From Myxococcota bacterium (GTDB lineage: Bacteria > Myxococcota_A > UBA9160 > UBA6930): 64,000 bases of DNA. The notes below the pieces were generated by a model. The model was not told the origin of the DNA. It worked only from the letters and a program-made list of their open reading frames with translations, and did no database searches. Below, piece by piece: positions 34,472-44,371 of this stretch. The number at the start of each line of letters is the position of its first letter. Position 1 is the stretch's first letter. The position numbers and the translations under genes are program-made. The DNA lies in the NCBI GenBank assembly GCA_965223415.1, contig OZ245002.1, forward strand, positions 608,001-672,000, written 5' to 3'.

Positions 34472-34999
34472 TCAGAAGCGGTCGTCCTTGAGGAGGCCGA
34501 TCCAGTCGAGCTCCCGGTACTCGCCGTCGACGTCCATGCCGTAGCCGATGACCCAGCCGGCCTCGAGCTCGAAGGCGGCGTAGTCGACGGAGACGGATTC
34601 CCGGCGGCGCTCGCGCTTGTCGATCAGCACGACGGTGCGCACCGAGCGGGGCTCGCCCAAGGCGACGATCTCGAGGACGGCCTGCAGGGTGGCGCCCTCG
34701 TCGGCGATGTCGTCGGCGACGAGCACGTCGCGATCCTCAAGGCCGTCCGGATCGAAGTGCTCCACCTGGACGGGGCCGAGGGTGGTGCCCTCGGTCCGCC
34801 GGGCGCGCACGTCGAGGCGCTCGGGCTCGACGCCGCGCCGCCCGAGCTCCCGCAGCAGGTCGTCGACGAAGCGCCGGGCGCCCTCGGCGATGCAGATCAG
34901 CGTGACGGGCGAATCCGCGTAGTCCCGCGCGAGCCGGTCCGCGAGCTCCCGCACCCGCGCCCGGATCTCCTCCTCGCTGAACAAGGGCTCGATGCGCAT
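34472..34999 (-). CDS. hpt: hypoxanthine phosphoribosyltransferase-like
   Basis: FSEEEIRARVRELA, PRPP loop VADDIADEGATL, VIGYGMD..YREL. Confidence 0.8.
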   Translation of the reverse strand: MRIEPLFSEEEIRARVRELADRLARDYADSPVTLICIAEGARRFVDDLLRELGRRGVEPERLDVRARRTEGTTLGPVQVEHFDPDGLEDRDVLVADDIADEGATLQAVLEIVALGEPRSVRTVVLIDKRERRRESVSVDYAAFELEAGWVIGYGMDVDGEYRELDWIGLLKDDRF

Positions 35000-35019
35000 G
35001 GCCGGCGCTATCGTAACCG

Positions 35020-35946
35020 ATGGCCATGACCGCCCTGGAACGCGCCGTCTCCGTCTCCGCCTTCCCCGTCGTCTTCGGGGGAAGCCTGCTCTGGGCCGTC
35101 GCCTCGATGGAGGACGGCACCCCGCCGAACCTGGCGGTCGCCGGCCCGATGCTCGTGCCCATGGCGATCGTGCTCGTGCTCGAGCGCCTCTTCCCTCACC
35201 ACCGCTCCTGGCTTCGCAACCGCGGCGACGTCCGCGTCGACCTCTGCCACGCGGTGAGCGTCAGCCTGACCTCCGGCGCGGCCTCGGCGCTGACCTTCCT
35301 CGCCATCGTGCCGGGGGCGGCCTGGCTGGCCGCCCGCTTCGGCGCGCCGCTCTGGCCGGCGGCCGCGCCCTGGTGGGCGCAGCTCGTGCTCGCCCTCGTC
35401 GTCGCGGAGCTCCCCAAGTACTGGCTCCACCGCTGCATGCACGAGAACGACTTCCTCTGGCGCTTCCACGCCACCCACCACAGCCCCGAGCGCCTCTACT
35501 TCCTGAACGCCACGCGCTTCCACCCGATCGACATCGGCCTGGACGCCGTCGTCGGCCTCGCGCCCCTCGTGCTGCTCGGCGTGACGGCGGAGGCGGCTGC
35601 CCTCTTCACCCTCGTCTCCACCGTCCACGGCTTCTTCCAGCACGCCAACCTGAAGCTGCGCCTCGGCCCCCTGAACCACTTCTTCTCGATGGCCGAGCTG
35701 CACCGCTGGCACCACTCCCGCACGGTCGAAGAGGCCAACCACAACTACGGCCAGAACGTCATCGTGTGGGACACGCTCTTCGGGACCCGCTTCCTGCCGA
35801 AGGACCGGGAGCCCCCGGAGCACATCGGCATCCCGGACCTCGAGGCCTTCCCCCAGACCTACTGGCGCCAGCTGGCCTCGCCCTTCCGCTGGCAGCGCAT
35901 CCGCGCCGCCTCCGATGCGTCGGCTCAGTCTTCCGGGAGCGCATAG
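35020..35946 (+). CDS. sterol desaturase / fatty acid hydroxylase family
   Basis: YWLHRCMH, WRFHATHHS, RFHP, HRWHHS, NYG, WDTLFGT. Confidence 0.9.
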   Translation: MAMTALERAVSVSAFPVVFGGSLLWAVASMEDGTPPNLAVAGPMLVPMAIVLVLERLFPHHRSWLRNRGDVRVDLCHAVSVSLTSGAASALTFLAIVPGAAWLAARFGAPLWPAAAPWWAQLVLALVVAELPKYWLHRCMHENDFLWRFHATHHSPERLYFLNATRFHPIDIGLDAVVGLAPLVLLGVTAEAAALFTLVSTVHGFFQHANLKLRLGPLNHFFSMAELHRWHHSRTVEEANHNYGQNVIVWDTLFGTRFLPKDREPPEHIGIPDLEAFPQTYWRQLASPFRWQRIRAASDASAQSSGSA

Positions 35947-37835
35947 GCGACGAGGCTGTCTCCCAGGTCGATCGCGATGCGCCCGTAGCCGCCGGCGGCG
36001 ATCACCACGACCTGGCGCCCCTCGTGGCGGAACGTCATCGGCACCGCCTGGCCGCCGGCGGGAAGGGACGTCTCCCACAGCTCCCGGCCCGTCTCCACGT
36101 CGAAGGCGCGGAACTTCGAGTCGAAGGTCGCGGCCAGGAAGACGAGCCCGCTCTTCGTGACCAGAGGCCCCCCGAGACCGGGCAGGCCCCAGGTTCCGAG
36201 CAGCGGGAGGTCGCCGATCTCGATGCTCCAGCGCAGGTCCCCGCTCTGCAGATCGACGGCGTGGAGCGTGCCCCAGGGAGGCGCGTTGCACGGCGCGCCG
36301 AGGGGCGACGTCAACATCTCGCGACTCATCCCCCAGGCCGCGCCCTCCTGCGGCGCAAACTCCATCCCGCTGCGGCGCTCGGCCTTGGCCTTCTCGTACT
36401 CGTCCCGCGGGTAGAGCGTCACGACCCAGGGAACGTCCATCACGTTGGCCAGCAGGAGCTGGCGCTCGGGATCCACCGCGACGCCACCCCAGTTCGAGCC
36501 GCCGGCGTTGCCCGGGATCATGATCGAGCCCTGCACGGTCGGGGGCGTGAAGGCCCCGTCGAAGCGCAGGGACGCGATGCGCTCCCGGCACTTCCCCCGG
36601 TCCCAGAAGGTGAGCCCCCACGCGTCCTCGGGCCGGAGGTCGAGGCGCATGAGCGGCGGCGGCTTCACGGGAAAGGGCTGGGTCTTCGAGAGCACGAAGC
36701 CCTCCTCACCTTCCTGGGGCACCGGCCGCTCCTCGACCGGGAAGAGGGGCTCGCCGGTCCGGCGGTCGAGGATGAAGAGATGGCTGCTCTTGGTTGGCTG
36801 CACCACGGCGGGGACCGATGCGCCGCCCCGCCGCAGCGGGAACAGCACCGGCTGGGCCGGGACGTCGAGGTCCCACACGTCGTGGTGCACGGTCTGGAAG
36901 GCCCAGGCCACCTTCCCGGTGCGCGCGTGGAGCGCGACGGTGCTGCTGCCGTAGTGGTCGAGGCCCTGGCGATGGGCGCTGGCGTAGTCCGGCGTCGGGT
37001 TGCCGGTGGGCACGAAGAGCAGATCGCGTTCGGCGTCGTAGGCCATGGGCGCCCACACGTTGGGCGTGGAGAGCATCCAGCCGCTCTCGGGATCGCGCTT
37101 GCCGCCGGGCTGGTCCGGCGGCGCCAGGTCCCAGGCCCAGGCCATCTCGCCCGTGCGCACGTCGAAGGCGCGGATCACGCCGGAGGGTGCCTCGACGCGC
37201 TGGTTGTCGCCGACCGCCGAGCCCACCACGACGAGATCGCCCGCCACCGTGGGCGCGGAGGTCAGCTGGTACTCGCCCCGCCAGCGCTGCTCGCCGACCC
37301 CCGGGTTCAGATCGACCGGGCCTCCGCCGGCGAAGTCGGGGCACGGCTGGCCGGTCGTGGCGTCCAGGGCGAAGAGCCGCGCGTCCACCGTGTTCATCAG
37401 GATGCGATGGCGGCACGGCGCCCCCGCCTCCGCGCTGGGATCGATCCAGCTCGCGACGCCGCGGCACACGAGCTGGTTCGCCCACCGGGCGTGGCGATCG
37501 ATCTCCGGGTCGAAGATCCAGCGCTCCTCGCCGGTCAGCGGGTCGAGGGCGAAGACGCGATTAAAGGGCGTGCAGCCGTAGAGGGTGCCGTCGACCAGGA
37601 GCGGCGTGAGCTGGAAGGCGCTGGTCGTGCCGAAGGGCGGCGAGCCGTCGGAGACGTCGCCGTGGCGCCAGGTCCACAGCACCTCGAGGTCGCCGACATT
37701 CGCCGGCGTGATCTGCTCGAGGGGGCTGTAGCGCATACCGCCGGCATCGTTGCCCCAGTGGGGCCAGTCCGCGTCCTGGGCGGCGGCGCTGGAGGCAAGG
37801 AGGAAGGCGGCGAGCCAGGCGAGGCGGGGGATCAA
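35925..37835 (-). CDS. PQQ-dependent (glucose/quinate-type) dehydrogenase, secreted
   Basis: Signal peptide, WGNDAGGMRYSPL.QI, CRGV, QTVHHDVWDLD, PG..GGSNWGG; TTG start overlaps the upstream stop. Confidence 0.9.
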   Translation of the reverse strand: MIPRLAWLAAFLLASSAAAQDADWPHWGNDAGGMRYSPLEQITPANVGDLEVLWTWRHGDVSDGSPPFGTTSAFQLTPLLVDGTLYGCTPFNRVFALDPLTGEERWIFDPEIDRHARWANQLVCRGVASWIDPSAEAGAPCRHRILMNTVDARLFALDATTGQPCPDFAGGGPVDLNPGVGEQRWRGEYQLTSAPTVAGDLVVVGSAVGDNQRVEAPSGVIRAFDVRTGEMAWAWDLAPPDQPGGKRDPESGWMLSTPNVWAPMAYDAERDLLFVPTGNPTPDYASAHRQGLDHYGSSTVALHARTGKVAWAFQTVHHDVWDLDVPAQPVLFPLRRGGASVPAVVQPTKSSHLFILDRRTGEPLFPVEERPVPQEGEEGFVLSKTQPFPVKPPPLMRLDLRPEDAWGLTFWDRGKCRERIASLRFDGAFTPPTVQGSIMIPGNAGGSNWGGVAVDPERQLLLANVMDVPWVVTLYPRDEYEKAKAERRSGMEFAPQEGAAWGMSREMLTSPLGAPCNAPPWGTLHAVDLQSGDLRWSIEIGDLPLLGTWGLPGLGGPLVTKSGLVFLAATFDSKFRAFDVETGRELWETSLPAGGQAVPMTFRHEGRQVVVIAAGGYGRIAIDLGDSLVAYALPED

Positions 37836-38650
37836 GGGTCGTCTCCGTCGAGGGCGACAAGGAAGGAGCGCAGGACCGGGTTGACGGCGTCGGGCCGCGC
37901 GAGGTTCACCACGTGGCCGGCGTCGGCGACCACCTCGAGCCGGGCCCGGGGTAGCCGCTCCGCCAGCTCCCGACACACCGGCAGGGAGGCGGCGTCCCGC
38001 CCTCCCGCCAGCACCAGGCAGGGAACGTCCAGCGCGGCGAGCCGTGGCGCAAGCTCGGCCGGGGGCGCCCGGCGCCCCAGGAACTCGCGCAGCAGGTGGG
38101 CCAGGCCGTGGGCCGGATGCTCCAGGAAGCCCTGACGCACGAGGGCGGCGCCCCGCGCGTCGAGGCCGGATTCGGGCCCCCAGGCGAAGCGGGCGCCGGC
38201 GGCGTCCACCCCATCCTGCAGGAGCGCCTCCGCGAAGGCCTCGGCGTGGGCGGAGACGCCGCCGCCCCCCGGACCCGCGGGTAGGGACGCGAGGACGAGG
38301 CCCCGCGGCACCTCCGGCTGGGCGAGGGCCCAGGCGAGCGCCACGGCCGCACCCATCGAGAGGCCGCCGACCACGGGATGGGGGTCGCCGGCGAAGCGCA
38401 CCACCGCATCGAAGTCGCCCACGAGCGCCGCCTCGCCATAGGCGGCCGGATCGTCCGGCGCCTCGCTGCGCGCGTGGCCCCGAGCGTCGTAGGTGACGAC
38501 GCTGACGACGTCCTTCAGCGCGCGCACCTGCGGCCGCCAGTTGCGGGCGCTGCCGGCGAAGCCGTGGGCCAGCACCAACGCCGGGCCGGAGCCGCTCCGC
38601 TCGACATGCAGGCCGGCCGGGGCCAGACTCGTCGCGTCGCCCGCCACCAC
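37832..38650 (-). CDS. alpha/beta hydrolase
   Basis: LAHGF, DARGHARS, GLSMG, AGHVVN. Confidence 0.85.
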   Translation of the reverse strand: MVAGDATSLAPAGLHVERSGSGPALVLAHGFAGSARNWRPQVRALKDVVSVVTYDARGHARSEAPDDPAAYGEAALVGDFDAVVRFAGDPHPVVGGLSMGAAVALAWALAQPEVPRGLVLASLPAGPGGGGVSAHAEAFAEALLQDGVDAAGARFAWGPESGLDARGAALVRQGFLEHPAHGLAHLLREFLGRRAPPAELAPRLAALDVPCLVLAGGRDAASLPVCRELAERLPRARLEVVADAGHVVNLARPDAVNPVLRSFLVALDGDDP

Positions 38651-38664
38651 CCCGAGAGGATCCC

Positions 38665-39459
38665 ATGGCGAAGCCCGCGCCGCATCCCATTCCCGCCGCC
38701 ACGATCCTCCTCCTCCGCGACGGGCGGGAGGGCCTCGAGGTGCTGATGGTCGAGCGCCACCACAAGATCGACTTCGTGGCCGGCGCCATGGTCTTCCCCG
38801 GCGGCGCGATCGACGAGGCCGACGGCGACCCGGCCCTCGCGGCCCGCTGCGACGGCGTGGAAGGGCTGGGCGACGCGGAGCGCGCCTTCCGGGTCGGCGG
38901 CATCCGCGAGACCTTCGAGGAGGCCGGCGTTCTGCTCGCCCGCCGCCGAAACGAGGAGAGCCTCGTGGGCGAGCGCGACCTCGCGGAGCTCTCGGCCCGC
39001 CACCGCATCGACGTCCACGAGGGACGCACCGCCATGCGCCAGCTCGCCGAGCGGGAGGACCTGGTACTCGCCTGCGACCGCATGGTGCCCTTCGCCCACT
39101 GGATCACCCCGGCGATGATGCCGAAGCGCTTCGACACCCGGTTCTTCCTGGTCGACGCACCGACCGACCACGTCGCCGTCCACGACGGCACCGAGAGCGT
39201 CGACTCGGCCTGGATCCGACCCGCCGATGCGGTGGCCGACGCCGAGGCCGGCCGCCGCCAGGTGATCTTCCCGACGCTCATGAACGTGAAGAAGCTCGGC
39301 CGCGCCGCGAACGTGGCGGACGCCCTGGGCGCGGCGCGCCGCGAGCCGATCGTGCCCGTGCTCCCGGTCGTGGAGGATCGCGACGGCGTCCCGACCCTCG
39401 TGCTGCCGCAGGACGCGGGCTACGAGGTGACGGAAGCGCCGGTCAGCAGCTTGCGGTGA
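38665..39459 (+). CDS. NUDIX hydrolase (NUDT19-like)
   Basis: PAATILLLRD, FPGG, RETFEEAG, HWITP...RFDTRFF. Confidence 0.88.
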   Translation: MAKPAPHPIPAATILLLRDGREGLEVLMVERHHKIDFVAGAMVFPGGAIDEADGDPALAARCDGVEGLGDAERAFRVGGIRETFEEAGVLLARRRNEESLVGERDLAELSARHRIDVHEGRTAMRQLAEREDLVLACDRMVPFAHWITPAMMPKRFDTRFFLVDAPTDHVAVHDGTESVDSAWIRPADAVADAEAGRRQVIFPTLMNVKKLGRAANVADALGAARREPIVPVLPVVEDRDGVPTLVLPQDAGYEVTEAPVSSLR

Positions 39460-39466
39460 GCGGGTC

Positions 39467-41980
39467 GTGAGGGCCCTGCCCATCGTCAGCCGCGTGCTCG
39501 GCGGCCTCGCGGTGCTGGCGGTGCTGCTCGTCGCCCTCTCCTGGGCCGGCTTCCGCCTGTGGCTGCGGGGCCAGCCGGAGCAGACCCGCGCCACGGTCGA
39601 GGCGTTCTCGACCCTGGAGCTGTTGGCCGCGGCCCGGGCCGAGCTGTTCCCGCCGGAGCCGGTGGACCGGGCGGGCTTTGGGCGGCGGCTCGTGCCGGGC
39701 CGGGGCCACGCGCCCTGGATCCTGCGCAGCTCCCTGGACGGGCGTCCGCGCATGCTGCAGCTGGCCCTCGCCCCGGGCATCTGGCTCTCCTACGGCACGG
39801 AGATCGCCTCCCTCTACCAGCTCTGGCGAGGCGAGCTCGAGCTGACCGGCGCGGTCTACGACACGCGCCACGGGCCGGAGCCGGTCAGCATGGGCACCGC
39901 GTGGCTGCGCCAGGCGGACGAGACCGACTGGCGGGTCGGGGACGCGGTGCCGGAGGTCCGCTACCTGGGGCACGGGGTCGATCCAGCGAGCGGGCGCGCC
40001 TACCTGCGGAGCGAGCTGTCCCGCGCGGGCACTCGCGCGGTCGTGCGCGAATCACCGGAGCTGGTCCACGACGGCGAGCGGCTCGGGCTGGAGCGGCGCT
40101 TCGTGGTGGAGGCGCGCAGCGGGGCGGCGGAGGTCGCGCTCCTCCTCCGCCCCGGGGCCGAGGAGATCGCGATCGAGGGCGGGGCCGCCGAGCCGGACGG
40201 CGTCGTCCTCGGCGACGACGAGACGGTCCTCGTCCAATGGCTCGGCGAGCCCGGCTTGCCGATCGCCCGGCGCGGGCCGAATCCCCGCCTGCCGGTCTCG
40301 CCGGCCGAGGCCGCCCTGCGGGCCAGCGACTGCGTGAGCTGCCACCAGGAGAACGAGCGCGTGGTCGGGCCCGCCTGGTCGGAGGTGGCACTGCGCTACG
40401 CCGCGGAGGACCCGACGGCGGCGGTGCGGAAGCTCACGACGAGCATCCTCGCCGGAAGCGTCGGCGCTTGGGGCCAGGTGCCGATGCCCGGCCATCCCGA
40501 GCTCTCCCGGGCCCAGGCCGGGGCGATCGCTCGCCACGTTCTGGCGGCCACACCGGAGGCGGCCCCGGCCGGGGGGGACGACGCGGAGGCACGGGCCCGG
40601 TGGCGCTGGAGCTACGAGGTGGACGTGGAGCCGCGCCCGAAGGGCCTGCACCCGGCGCTCCGCGTCGCCCGCATCCGCCCGGACGCCTTCACCCCGAAGG
40701 TGGGCGGCCTGGCGCTGCTCCCGGACGGCGCACTGCTGGTCGCCACCTGGGACCGGGACGGCGCCGTGTTCCGGGTGGAAGGATGGGCGCGGGACGGCGG
40801 AGAAGTCTCGGTCGTGCGCATCGCCGAGGGCCTGCACGAGCCCCTCGGTCTCGCCGTCGCGGGCGACGACGTCTACGTGATGCAGAAGCAGGAGATCAGC
40901 CGCCTCGTCGATCTCGACGGCGACGGCTGGACGGACGAGTACCAAGCGGTTTCCCGGGCCTGGGAGACGACCTCCAACTTCCACGAGTTCGGCTTCGGCC
41001 TCGTCCACCACGAGGGGTTCCTCCACGGCACGCTCTCGGTGTGCGTCCTGCCCGGCGGCTCGAGCTGTCCCGAACAGACGCCCCACCGGGGCCGCGCCTT
41101 CCGGGTGAGCCTGGGCGACGGACGCCTCGAATGGCTGGCCCGGGGCTTCCGGACACCGAACGGTGTCGGCTGGCTGGCGGGCCACGGCCTGCTCGTCACC
41201 GACAACCAGGGCGACTGGCTCCCGGCCAGCAAGCTCCTGCTTGCCCGTCCGGGGAGCTTCCACGGCTGGCGCGGGCCCCGCGAGGCCGGGGAGCTGCCCG
41301 AGACCTCGCCGCCCATCGTCTGGCTTCCCCAGAACGAGGTCGGCAACTCGCCGACCCAGCCGCTGGTGCTGCGCACGGGCCCCTACGCCGGCCAGGTCGT
41401 GTTCGGCGACGTCTACAACGGCGGGCTCAAGCGGGTGGCGCTGGACGAGGTGGATGGCCGACTCCAGGGCGCCGCCTTCCACTTCACGGCGGGCCTCGAG
41501 GGCGGCGTGAACCGTCTGCTGGAGGCGCCGGACGGGAGCCTCCTCGCGGGCGAGATCGGCAGCACGGGCAACTGGGGCGACCTCGGCAAGGAGTGGTACG
41601 GCCTCGAGCGCCTGCGCTTCGGGGAGACGCCCGCTTTCGAGCCCTTCGCGGTCCGCGCCACGGCCGGCGGCTTCGACGTGGAGCTGACCGCTCCGCTCGC
41701 GGCCGGTTCCCAGCCCGGGCCCGGCGACGTGACCCTTCGCGACTGGTTCTATGTTCCCGCGTCCCGCTACGGCGGCCCCAAGTTCGACCCGCGGGAGCTC
41801 CGCGTCCGCGCCGTCCGGCTCTCACCGGACCGCCGCGTGCTCTCCCTCGACGTGGACGGGCTCGAGACCGGGAGGGTGGTCTACCTGCGGCTGGACCGCG
41901 CGCTGCGTTCCGAGCAGGGCGAGTCGCTCTGGGTGAACGAAGCCTGGTACACCCTGAACGCGCTGCCCGGACGGCCCTGA
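39467..41980 (+). CDS. membrane-anchored c-type cytochrome plus beta-propeller protein
   Basis: N-terminal TM; CVSCH...VGPAW...WGQVPMP; GLHEPLG, GFRTPNG, TDNQGDWLP repeats. Confidence 0.75.
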   Translation: MRALPIVSRVLGGLAVLAVLLVALSWAGFRLWLRGQPEQTRATVEAFSTLELLAAARAELFPPEPVDRAGFGRRLVPGRGHAPWILRSSLDGRPRMLQLALAPGIWLSYGTEIASLYQLWRGELELTGAVYDTRHGPEPVSMGTAWLRQADETDWRVGDAVPEVRYLGHGVDPASGRAYLRSELSRAGTRAVVRESPELVHDGERLGLERRFVVEARSGAAEVALLLRPGAEEIAIEGGAAEPDGVVLGDDETVLVQWLGEPGLPIARRGPNPRLPVSPAEAALRASDCVSCHQENERVVGPAWSEVALRYAAEDPTAAVRKLTTSILAGSVGAWGQVPMPGHPELSRAQAGAIARHVLAATPEAAPAGGDDAEARARWRWSYEVDVEPRPKGLHPALRVARIRPDAFTPKVGGLALLPDGALLVATWDRDGAVFRVEGWARDGGEVSVVRIAEGLHEPLGLAVAGDDVYVMQKQEISRLVDLDGDGWTDEYQAVSRAWETTSNFHEFGFGLVHHEGFLHGTLSVCVLPGGSSCPEQTPHRGRAFRVSLGDGRLEWLARGFRTPNGVGWLAGHGLLVTDNQGDWLPASKLLLARPGSFHGWRGPREAGELPETSPPIVWLPQNEVGNSPTQPLVLRTGPYAGQVVFGDVYNGGLKRVALDEVDGRLQGAAFHFTAGLEGGVNRLLEAPDGSLLAGEIGSTGNWGDLGKEWYGLERLRFGETPAFEPFAVRATAGGFDVELTAPLAAGSQPGPGDVTLRDWFYVPASRYGGPKFDPRELRVRAVRLSPDRRVLSLDVDGLETGRVVYLRLDRALRSEQGESLWVNEAWYTLNALPGRP

Positions 41981-41981
41981 C

Positions 41982-42875
41982 CTAACGTCCGTGCAGCAGC
42001 CCCCGCAGCTCGCGCATCCCCACGGTGCGAATCCCGCGCTCCTCGAGGGCCCGCTCGCCGGGGCGGCCGCCGTAGAAGCTCCGCTCGAAATCGCGCTGGT
42101 GGGCGGAGTCCGGCGTCACCCGGCGGAGCTCCTGGCCGTCTTCGGCGGGATGGCAGATCAGATAGGAGACGCCTTCCTGGAGGCCGTCGAGGCGGCGGGC
42201 GTTGTGGTCGCCGCCCCCGCCTTCCGGGAAGTCCAGGGAGTTGGCGTCGAGACCGTCGAGGACCGGGAAGCCCTTCGCCTCGAAGGCATCGGCCATGTCG
42301 AAGAACATGGCCTTGGCGCCGAGCAGGCCGGCGGCCTCGAGGGTGGCGTCGTCGGGTCGGGCCGCGAGGACCGGCAGGTGGAACTCGGCGGCCAGCTCCT
42401 GGTAGACGGGGAGGAACTTCGGCAGGAAGGCGGTGCCCATGTGGGCGTCGAGATGGGTCACGTCGATGCCGGCGTCGAGGGCCATCACCACCTGGGCGCG
42501 CAGCTCCACCGCCACCTCCTCGGGCTCGGCCCGCACGGCCGCCTCGGCGGTGGTGCGCGGCAGGAAGCCCTCGTCGTCGAGGAGGGTGGGCACGGCGGAG
42601 CGGCCGGCCACCGGCCCCCAGCGGTAGGCGTCCCACTCGGCGTTCAGGGTGAGGTGCACGCCGAGATCCAGCTCCGGGTGGGCCCGGGCCCGCTCCGCCG
42701 CCTCACGGAACCAGGGGCAGGGAACCATGACGCTGCCGCAGGTGGCAGGACCCTCGAGGAGGGCCTCGAAGGCGCCGCGGTTGGCGGCGTGGCACATGCC
42801 GATATCGTCCGCGTGCACGATCGCGATGCGATCCCCCGCGGCGAAACCCAGCTGCTCGGCGAGGCTCTGCATCAT
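41982..42875 (-). CDS. YdjC/ChbG-family deacetylase
   Basis: HADDIGMCH, DLGVHLTLN, THLDAHMG, CHP. Confidence 0.88.
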   Translation of the reverse strand: MMQSLAEQLGFAAGDRIAIVHADDIGMCHAANRGAFEALLEGPATCGSVMVPCPWFREAAERARAHPELDLGVHLTLNAEWDAYRWGPVAGRSAVPTLLDDEGFLPRTTAEAAVRAEPEEVAVELRAQVVMALDAGIDVTHLDAHMGTAFLPKFLPVYQELAAEFHLPVLAARPDDATLEAAGLLGAKAMFFDMADAFEAKGFPVLDGLDANSLDFPEGGGGDHNARRLDGLQEGVSYLICHPAEDGQELRRVTPDSAHQRDFERSFYGGRPGERALEERGIRTVGMRELRGLLHGR

Positions 42876-42901
42876 GGGCCGATTCTATCTACGCTCGCCG
42901 G

Positions 42902-43378
42902 ATGACGCGCCTCCCGTGGCTGCTGCTTCCCCTGGGCCTGCTGGCCTGCCTTCCCAGCCCGGGCCCCTTCGTGCTGGCGGCGGCGGAGGGGCGGGTGGTC
43001 GACCGGGAATCCGGCGACGGGATCCCGGAGGCGTGGGTCGTGGAGTGGTACCGGGGCGCGGGTGCGCCCGGAGGCTCCCAACCCGAGTACCACGCCCGCT
43101 TCGCCCGCACCGGGGCGAACGGGGCGTTCCGCTTCGACCGGCGGTTCGCGCCGAGCCCGCGCATCTGGCTGCTGCGCACCTACGGGCCGAGCTACAGCTT
43201 CTTCCATCCGGACTACGGACTGGTCCACGGCGGCCGTCCCGCGGAGGGAGAGGCGGTCCTCCTGCGCGGCTCCCGCGGCGAGGCCGAGCTGCGCCACGCG
43301 GACGTGGCCCCCTACTGCCGGGGCGACCTCCGCGGTGCCGGCGCCCAGCGCCTGGCGGAGCTCGCCTGCGGGCGTTGA
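42902..43378 (+). CDS. hypothetical lipoprotein
   Basis: Lipobox-like LLAC; beta-rich body. Confidence 0.6.
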   Translation: MTRLPWLLLPLGLLACLPSPGPFVLAAAEGRVVDRESGDGIPEAWVVEWYRGAGAPGGSQPEYHARFARTGANGAFRFDRRFAPSPRIWLLRTYGPSYSFFHPDYGLVHGGRPAEGEAVLLRGSRGEAELRHADVAPYCRGDLRGAGAQRLAELACGR

Positions 43379-43476
43379 CCGGGAGTCACTCGTTTTTCGC
43401 GGTGACTGCTGGTCAGCGTTGAACTTCGCGGGCGCGCCTGCGTAGGATGCGCCCGAGAGTCATTGGAGGGGGAACC

Positions 43477-44361
43477 ATGACATCGATTCGCGTGCCCGTG
43501 CTCATCCTGTTCGCACTCGTCGCCACGGCGATTCCGGTCCAGGCCGGCGTCGGCGGTGACGACGCCGGAACCTGCGTCAGCGCCTGCGGCGGCTACGGCG
43601 CCGGAAACAACGGCAACAGCTGTTACTGCGATTCGGCCTGCGCCACCTACGGCGATTGCTGCGCCGACTACGAGCCGGTGTGCAATGCCAACACCGGCTG
43701 CTCGCCGAACTCCGGCGGCCGCTACATCCTGCACCTGGGCGGCATGTGCTCCCAGGGCTGGAACGACCAGCTGGCGAGCAAGTCCGGCTACACGGCGATC
43801 GACGTGAAGGCGGTGCAGACGAACCACAGCGGCCTCTCGGATTCCAGCCATACCATGGGCATCTACCTGGACCAGTGCTGCACCGGCTCGAACCTCTGCT
43901 ACGTGCTCAACTACAGCGGCGGCGACGCCGTGATGGGCCACCGCTTCGCCAACTCCGGGACGAACTGGAACGTCAACTGGGTGGGCACGTCCGCGGGCGC
44001 CGGCGGGGGCAGCGAGCTCTCGGGCAACTTCCTCGCCAGCACCTTCGGGCCCTGTGACTACAGCGGCCACCTCGGCACGAGCGAGGTGCGCAACGCCTAC
44101 AACCACAACGACACCAACGGCGAGACCGTCTACCACATCGGCGGCTACGACGGCTGGTGGTACTCCTCCTGGCTGCTGCCGGGGGAGGACGACGGCGCGG
44201 TGGCCTTCCACTCGGCGGGCGCGGTGACGTCGACGACCTCCACCAGCAGCATGTGCACGGCGCCGAAGTGGACGAACCACGTCGCAGCCTGGACCTGCAA
44301 CGGGTACGACCTCGACCACTACGAGATGAAGCCCAAGTTCATCACGAACATGGGTTGGTAG
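43477..44361 (+). CDS. secreted protein: somatomedin-B-like domain plus alpha/beta-hydrolase-like domain
   Basis: RBS GGAGG, signal peptide, 8-Cys SMB pattern, NYSGG, GGSEL, EDDGAV, late His. Confidence 0.75.
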   Translation: MTSIRVPVLILFALVATAIPVQAGVGGDDAGTCVSACGGYGAGNNGNSCYCDSACATYGDCCADYEPVCNANTGCSPNSGGRYILHLGGMCSQGWNDQLASKSGYTAIDVKAVQTNHSGLSDSSHTMGIYLDQCCTGSNLCYVLNYSGGDAVMGHRFANSGTNWNVNWVGTSAGAGGGSELSGNFLASTFGPCDYSGHLGTSEVRNAYNHNDTNGETVYHIGGYDGWWYSSWLLPGEDDGAVAFHSAGAVTSTTSTSSMCTAPKWTNHVAAWTCNGYDLDHYEMKPKFITNMGW

Positions 44362-44371
44362 CGGGCGGTCG

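Noticed and set aside
37836..39281. 1118-aa PQQ dehydrogenase with a long N-terminal extension
   Set aside because: The extension overlaps the hydrolase and NUDIX genes; the signal peptide begins at 37835.
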